Part shown: piece by piece, positions 7,523 through 11,976 of the stretch | Layout: each line of letters starts with the position of its first letter | Position numbering within the stretch: position 1 is the first letter of the stretch | DNA from: Opitutales bacterium | GTDB taxonomy: Bacteria; Verrucomicrobiota; Verrucomicrobiia; Opitutales; Coraliomargaritaceae | Length of the DNA: 11,976 nt | NCBI GenBank assembly: GCA_049598495.1 | Contig: JBMYNR010000043.1 | Location: forward strand, 1 to 11,976 | Direction: 5' to 3' | The notes under the pieces: generated by a model | The model's database searches: none | What the model was told of the DNA's origin: nothing | Seen by the model: only the letters and a program-made list of their open reading frames with translations | Translations under genes and position numbers: made by a program

Positions 7523-8317
7523 ATGAATACCCAGAGGAAACTCTTAGTCGTTACCGATCTGGATGCGTCTTTTCTGAACCATGATTACACATGGTCGGAA
7601 GCGGCTCCGGCTATTGGACGTCTGCGGGATTTATCTATTCCGCTGGTTCTCAATTCGAGTAAGACGGTCGCCGAGATGGAGAGCCTGGCCAGAGATTTGG
7701 ATTTGGACTCACCGATTGTGGCTGAGAATGGGGGCCTTCTTGCGGTTTGTGGGCAACGCGCGGGCGATTACAAATTAGAGATCACGGGGCTCGCTCGAAA
7801 GGATATCCTCCAAGTCGCCCACGATTTGCGCCGACAGATTGGCTATAAATTCGAGGGTTTTGCAGATTGGTCGGATCAAGAGCTTGCCGTGCGGACGGGC
7901 TTGTCCATTCCGATCGCACAGCGAGCGCATGCTCGAATGGCAACGGAGCCAATCGTTTGGAACGATACGGAGTCTTATCGATTGGCCTTCACCAGGGAAC
8001 TTGGCAAGAAGGGGATACGAATGCTTCGAGGCGGACGTTTTTGGCATCTCATGGGGACTGTTGATAAAGCGGACGGTCTGCGATCCGCCCTCAATCATTA
8101 TCGGGTAAAAGAGCCCGCCACTGAATGGATCGTGGTGGCGCTGGGTGATAGCGCCAACGATGTCGAGATGCTCGAGGCCGCGCATATTGCGGTCGTCGTT
8201 CCCCATGCAGATGGTCCCCATATTTTCCCGAAAGCTCCGAAAGTATTGCATGCGCCATTCCCGGCCTCAAGGGGTTGGAACGATGCCATGTTCTCAATTC
8301 TCAACGACTTCCTCTAA
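7523..8317 (+). CDS. HAD-IIB phosphatase, mannosyl-/glucosyl-3-phosphoglycerate phosphatase family (GpgP/MpgP-like)
   Basis: Start moved to ATG 7523 (MNTQRKLLVVTDLD). Motif I DLDAS, motif II NSSKT, ENGG, RGGRFWH, DK, motif IV ALGDSANDVEML; ends 9 nt before the GpgS-like ORF. Confidence 0.88.
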   Translation: MNTQRKLLVVTDLDASFLNHDYTWSEAAPAIGRLRDLSIPLVLNSSKTVAEMESLARDLDLDSPIVAENGGLLAVCGQRAGDYKLEITGLARKDILQVAHDLRRQIGYKFEGFADWSDQELAVRTGLSIPIAQRAHARMATEPIVWNDTESYRLAFTRELGKKGIRMLRGGRFWHLMGTVDKADGLRSALNHYRVKEPATEWIVVALGDSANDVEMLEAAHIAVVVPHADGPHIFPKAPKVLHAPFPASRGWNDAMFSILNDFL

Positions 8318-8326
8318 GACACGATT

Positions 8327-11314
8327 ATGGGTGATTTTCATCAACAAGGCCTCATTACCACGCTTCATCAGCTGAACAACCGACCGCTTGAAAAACTTGA
8401 GGCGGACCTGATGCAGTTTCGCAAGCACCGACCAATGGCGCTGGTGCTCCCATCGCTTTATTCCGAACTGCAAGGGCCGGCCCTCTCCGGTATTCTGGAC
8501 GAGATTGCCGAGGTTCCTTACCTCGATCAAATCGTGGTTGGGCTCGACCGTGCCAATGAAGAAGCGTATCGCCACGCACTCGAATTCTTCGGGCGTCTCC
8601 CCCAGCAACCCCAGGTGCTTTGGAATGACGGGCCGCGCCTGCGCGCCATCGACAAGTTGCTCTCGGAAAAGGGGCTGGCGCCCAAAGAACCGGGCAAGGG
8701 TCGGAATGTCTGGTATATGTTTGGCTATGTGATCGCGTCGGGTAAGGCGCAGTCCGTCGCTCTGCATGATTGTGATATCACTACTTACTCGCGCGACATG
8801 CTGGCACGTTTGATCTACCCGGTCGCGAACCCTTCATTTAGTTATAAATTTTGCAAGGGCTACTACGCACGCGTTGCCGATAACTCGATGAATGGCCGAG
8901 TCTGCCGCTTGCTGGTGACGCCCCTGATTCGCGCGCTCAAGAAGACCTGTGGTGCGACGGAGTATCTTGAATACTTGGACAGTTTCAAATACCCGCTGGC
9001 GGGTGAGTTCTCGATGCAGAAGGATGTGATCGAAGACATCCGTATTCCCTCCGATTGGGGTCTGGAAATGGGCGTGCTTTCAGAGATGCAGCGCAACTAC
9101 GCGACCAACCAGATTTGCCAAGTCGATGTTGCGGATACATACGACCATAAACACCAGGATCTTTCGCTCGAGGATCGCACGCGCGGTCTCTCCAAGATGG
9201 CCTCGGATATCACGAAGTCGCTCTACCGCAAGATGGCGACACAGGGGACCGTTTTCACCCATGAGCATATTCGTACGCTCAAGGCGGCCTATTACCGAAT
9301 TGCACTGGATCTGGTTGAGAGCTACAGTAGCGATGCTTCGATCAACGGCTTGAAATACGACCGCCATCTTGAGGGCCTCGCCGTGGAAGCTTTTGCCGAA
9401 AATATCCTCATGGCGGGCGAGGAGTTCCTCGATCCGAGCAAATCGATGGATGTCCCCTTTATGCCGAGTTGGAAGCGGGTCATTTCCGCGGTTCCCGATG
9501 TACTCCACCGCCTACGTGAGGCGGTCGAGGAGGATCGTCTCGAATACGGCTCCGCGCATGTCACTAACCCCGCACTGCATCCAAAGGCGCAACTGGTGCG
9601 CCAGCGTGTCGCGCTCCATGTTCAGGAAATCTACGGTAAGGAGGACGTTGACGAAATTACCGATGAGCTGATGGATGCCGCGAACATGTCGGAATCCTCA
9701 CAGCCCATCGCCTTGGGCACCAGTAAATGGGATCAGACTGATGTGATGATGATCACCTATGGTGACTCCATTCTGCGAGAAGGTCGGGCCCCGCTAAGGG
9801 AACTCTACAACTTCACCGTGCGCGAGTTGAAGGAGACGATCAGCGGTGTTCATATTCTCCCTTTCAACCCATATAGCTCGGACGATGGCTTCTCTGTTAT
9901 CGATTACACTGCGGTCAACCCCAAGCTTGGAACCTGGGAGGACATCACCGCCATCGGACACGAGTTCGACCTCATGGGAGACCTCGTGATCAACCACTGC
10001 TCCCGCGAGTCGGTTTGGTTCAAGAATTACATCAAGAACAAGGCTCCGGGGCGCGGCTATTTCATCAACGGAACGGAGTATGAAGACCTTTCCAAGGTCG
10101 TGCGTCCCCGCAGTACGCCGCTGTTGACCGAAGTTACCTGCGTCGACGGCGTAAAACACGTCTGGTGCACCTTTGGCGAGGATCAGGTCGACTTGAATTA
10201 TCGTAATCCCGATGTCCTTCTCGAGATTGTCCGGATTATTCGGCAATATGTGGATCAGGGCATTCGCTACTTCCGTTTGGATGCGATCGCGTTTCTTTGG
10301 AAGGAGTCGGGGAGCACTTGTGTGCATCTTCCGCAGACGCACGAGTTGATTAAACTCTTGCGCATTGTCATCGAGAATCTCGAGCCGACTGCGGTAATCA
10401 TCACGGAAACCAACGTGCCCAACCGAGAGAATCTCAGTTATTTCGGCAATGATAACGAGGCACATCTGATCTATAATTTCTCGCTGCCACCGCTCCTGCT
10501 CAACGCGATTCTGAGCGGCGACTGCAGCCACCTTATCACATGGATGATGTCGATGCCACCCGCCCGCCGAGGACGCGCCTACCTTAATTTCATCGCCTCG
10601 CACGATGGTATTGGATTGCGCCCGGCGGAAGGTCTTCTGTCGACCGATGAGTTGGACGGCCTCATTGAGACGATTAAGCAATGCGGCGGTGAGATTTCCA
10701 TGCGTCGCACACCCGAGGGTGAGCTGAAGCCGTATGAAGCCAACATTTCACTCTACAGTGCGATGGCTCGGCCGATCGGTGGCGCAGAGGACGGTCTACA
10801 AGCAGCTCGTTTCCTCTGTGCTCACGCAATTATGCTCGCGCTCGAGGGACTACCGGCGGTCTATATCCACAGCCTACTGGGCACGGAGAATGATCGTGAT
10901 GGTATGGCCCACACCGGCCGCGCTCGCACGATCAATCGTCACCAATGGCAGGCCGATGAGCTCTACGCCGCGCTCGAAGATGATGAACGCCACCATAAGG
11001 CGATCTTCTCGGAGATGAAGCGACTCATTCAAATCCGTCGTCAGCAGGCTGCCTTCCACCCGAACGCCACCCAATATACACTTCATTTCTCCGATCAGAT
11101 CTTTGCCTTCTGGCGCGAGAGCCTCGACCGCGATCAGTGCATCTTCGCGCTGCATAATGTCTCTTCAGAAAAACAAACAATCCCTTTGGTGGAGTTGAAC
11201 CTTATCGCCACTGAATCATGGAGCGACCTCATCAGCGGCCGAGTCTACGATGACCTCGGTGGCGTAATTGAGCTCGAGCCCTACGGCTGCGTCTGGATTA
11301 CCAACAAGGCCTAG
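8327..11314 (+). CDS. Apparent fusion: glucosyl-3-phosphoglycerate synthase-like GT-A domain plus GH13_18 sugar phosphorylase (probable glucosylglycerate phosphorylase)
   Basis: aa 1-~407: MGDFHQQGLITTLH start, GKGRNVW, DxD in HDCD (D148/D150), YPLAGEF, DWGLEMG, YDHKHQ. aa ~420-995: LITYGD-like MITYGDS, VHILPF, SSDDGFSV, DLVINH, QVDLN, RLDA (D652 nucleophile), TETN (E694 acid/base), SHDGIG (D760), YEAN. No in-frame stop over 995 codons. Confidence 0.85.
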   Translation: MGDFHQQGLITTLHQLNNRPLEKLEADLMQFRKHRPMALVLPSLYSELQGPALSGILDEIAEVPYLDQIVVGLDRANEEAYRHALEFFGRLPQQPQVLWNDGPRLRAIDKLLSEKGLAPKEPGKGRNVWYMFGYVIASGKAQSVALHDCDITTYSRDMLARLIYPVANPSFSYKFCKGYYARVADNSMNGRVCRLLVTPLIRALKKTCGATEYLEYLDSFKYPLAGEFSMQKDVIEDIRIPSDWGLEMGVLSEMQRNYATNQICQVDVADTYDHKHQDLSLEDRTRGLSKMASDITKSLYRKMATQGTVFTHEHIRTLKAAYYRIALDLVESYSSDASINGLKYDRHLEGLAVEAFAENILMAGEEFLDPSKSMDVPFMPSWKRVISAVPDVLHRLREAVEEDRLEYGSAHVTNPALHPKAQLVRQRVALHVQEIYGKEDVDEITDELMDAANMSESSQPIALGTSKWDQTDVMMITYGDSILREGRAPLRELYNFTVRELKETISGVHILPFNPYSSDDGFSVIDYTAVNPKLGTWEDITAIGHEFDLMGDLVINHCSRESVWFKNYIKNKAPGRGYFINGTEYEDLSKVVRPRSTPLLTEVTCVDGVKHVWCTFGEDQVDLNYRNPDVLLEIVRIIRQYVDQGIRYFRLDAIAFLWKESGSTCVHLPQTHELIKLLRIVIENLEPTAVIITETNVPNRENLSYFGNDNEAHLIYNFSLPPLLLNAILSGDCSHLITWMMSMPPARRGRAYLNFIASHDGIGLRPAEGLLSTDELDGLIETIKQCGGEISMRRTPEGELKPYEANISLYSAMARPIGGAEDGLQAARFLCAHAIMLALEGLPAVYIHSLLGTENDRDGMAHTGRARTINRHQWQADELYAALEDDERHHKAIFSEMKRLIQIRRQQAAFHPNATQYTLHFSDQIFAFWRESLDRDQCIFALHNVSSEKQTIPLVELNLIATESWSDLISGRVYDDLGGVIELEPYGCVWITNKA

Positions 11315-11335
11315 GTAGAATTGCCGTCAGATGAA

Positions 11336-11592
11336 CTGTAGCCACCGCAGTCGCCTGACCTGAGCCAGTCGGGGGTAGGGCGGTTTCGCCGAAACCGCCG
11401 TTCGTCAAGCGAGCTCGTACGCCATAGCTTTGAATTTGGACGAATGCTACCATTTGCGGGACGGCGCGCTCGGCGATCGCGCCCTACCTTTTGGCAAGAC
11501 GGATCCGGGAGCTAGGCAGAGACATGGTGAGGCGGCTACATCTCCGATTTGCTGTCGCCACCGCACTTGCCTGACCTGAGTCAGTCGAAGGT
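11336..11592. repeat. 41-nt imperfect direct repeat, two copies (11336-11376 and 11552-11592)
   Basis: CTGTAGCCACCGCAGTCGCCTGACCTGAGCCAGTCGGGGGT versus CTGTCGCCACCGCACTTGCCTGACCTGAGTCAGTCGAAGGT, 35/41 identical. Confidence 0.85.
11375..11487. repeat. REPIN-like doublet 1: two inverted GTAG-type REP palindromes
   Basis: GTAG-GGCGGTTTC-GCC-GAAACCGCC (11375-11399, perfect 9-bp stem); the inverted copy ending at 11487 reads GTAG-GGCGCGATC-GCC-GAGCGCGCC on the minus strand. Confidence 0.8.
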
Positions 11593-11651
11593 GTTGCCGT
11601 GTCCATTCAGTATGGTAGCGGTTGGCTCGGAGCTTGGAATCTTTGCATAGG

Positions 11652-11754
11652 GTAGGACGGCTGCCCTCCCGTGTCCGGCGTAGCTTCTGCGAAGTGGGAA
11701 GCCGTCCGGGATTCTCGCATGATGCAGCGGACACATGAGGGCATGCGTCCCTAC
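11652..11754. repeat. REPIN-like doublet 2: two inverted GTAG-type REPs of a different sequence
   Basis: GTAGGACGGCTGCCCTCCCGTGTCCG (11652-11677); inverted copy 11728-11754 reads GTAG-GGACGCATG-CCCT-CATGTGTCC-G on the minus strand. Confidence 0.75.
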
Positions 11755-11764
11755 CTTATCTGCT

Positions 11765-11976
11765 CTAAACTTGCTCTTCCACCTTGAGCACGGCCGTACA
11801 GTATCGGCACCGCTTGGCCTTCATGGGTATGACTGACAGGCACTCAGGGCATTTCTTCTCACTCGGTTCGCCGGGCGGCGGGGGCGGTTCGGCGAAGCGT
11901 TTCTCAAGATCATCCTCGATCTTATTATACAGCCGGATGGCGAAGAACATGGAAAGCGCCACGAGAATCAGCGCGA
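11765..11976 (-). CDS. mscL: C-terminal part of an MscL-like large-conductance mechanosensitive channel with zinc-ribbon tail (5' end outside window)
   Basis: Frame is open to the window edge. ALILVALSMFFAIRLYN resembles MscL TM2, followed by a Pro-rich linker and KKCPECLSVIPMKAKRCRYCT, a CxxC...CxxC tail seen on a subset of MscL proteins. TM1 is not visible. Confidence 0.7.
   Translation of the reverse strand, partial: ALILVALSMFFAIRLYNKIEDDLEKRFAEPPPPPGEPSEKKCPECLSVIPMKAKRCRYCTAVLKVEEQV

Noticed and set aside
9794..10681. 295-aa minus-strand ORF and other short ORFs overlapping called genes
   Set aside because: Antisense or alternate-frame shadows of well-supported genes, expected from codon bias in GC-rich DNA.
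11336..11760. CRISPR array, or the 95-aa ORF at 11447-11734
   Set aside because: Only two direct-repeat copies 216 nt apart, no regular spacers and no cas genes; the ORF is built from repeat sequence.

Overview
Bacterial chromosomal window; gene repertoire and repeat types suggest Verrucomicrobiota (Opitutia), which is inference only. The left two-thirds is mostly housekeeping: a MazG-like pyrophosphohydrolase, a small DUF4032-like protein, an Mrp/ApbC ATPase lacking the CxxC motif, a stand-alone TolB-like beta-propeller, a dapA-dapB-ruvA cluster and a GT4-like glycosyltransferase. The right third looks like an osmo/nitrogen-stress module. A sigma54-type promoter precedes a HAD phosphatase (GpgP/MpgP-like) and a 995-aa ORF. 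That ORF joins a glucosyl-3-phosphoglycerate synthase-like GT-A domain (aa ~1-407) to a complete GH13_18 phosphorylase with glucosylglycerate-phosphorylase-type motifs (aa ~420-995), so synthesis and phosphorolysis would sit in one polypeptide. The junction has an out-of-frame ATG and TAA placed so that one extra base would give two overlapping genes, so the fusion may be a natural 1-nt deletion or an assembly error. A ~420-bp mosaic of GTAG-type REP-like elements follows, then the 3' end of a convergent mscL-like gene with a zinc-ribbon tail.
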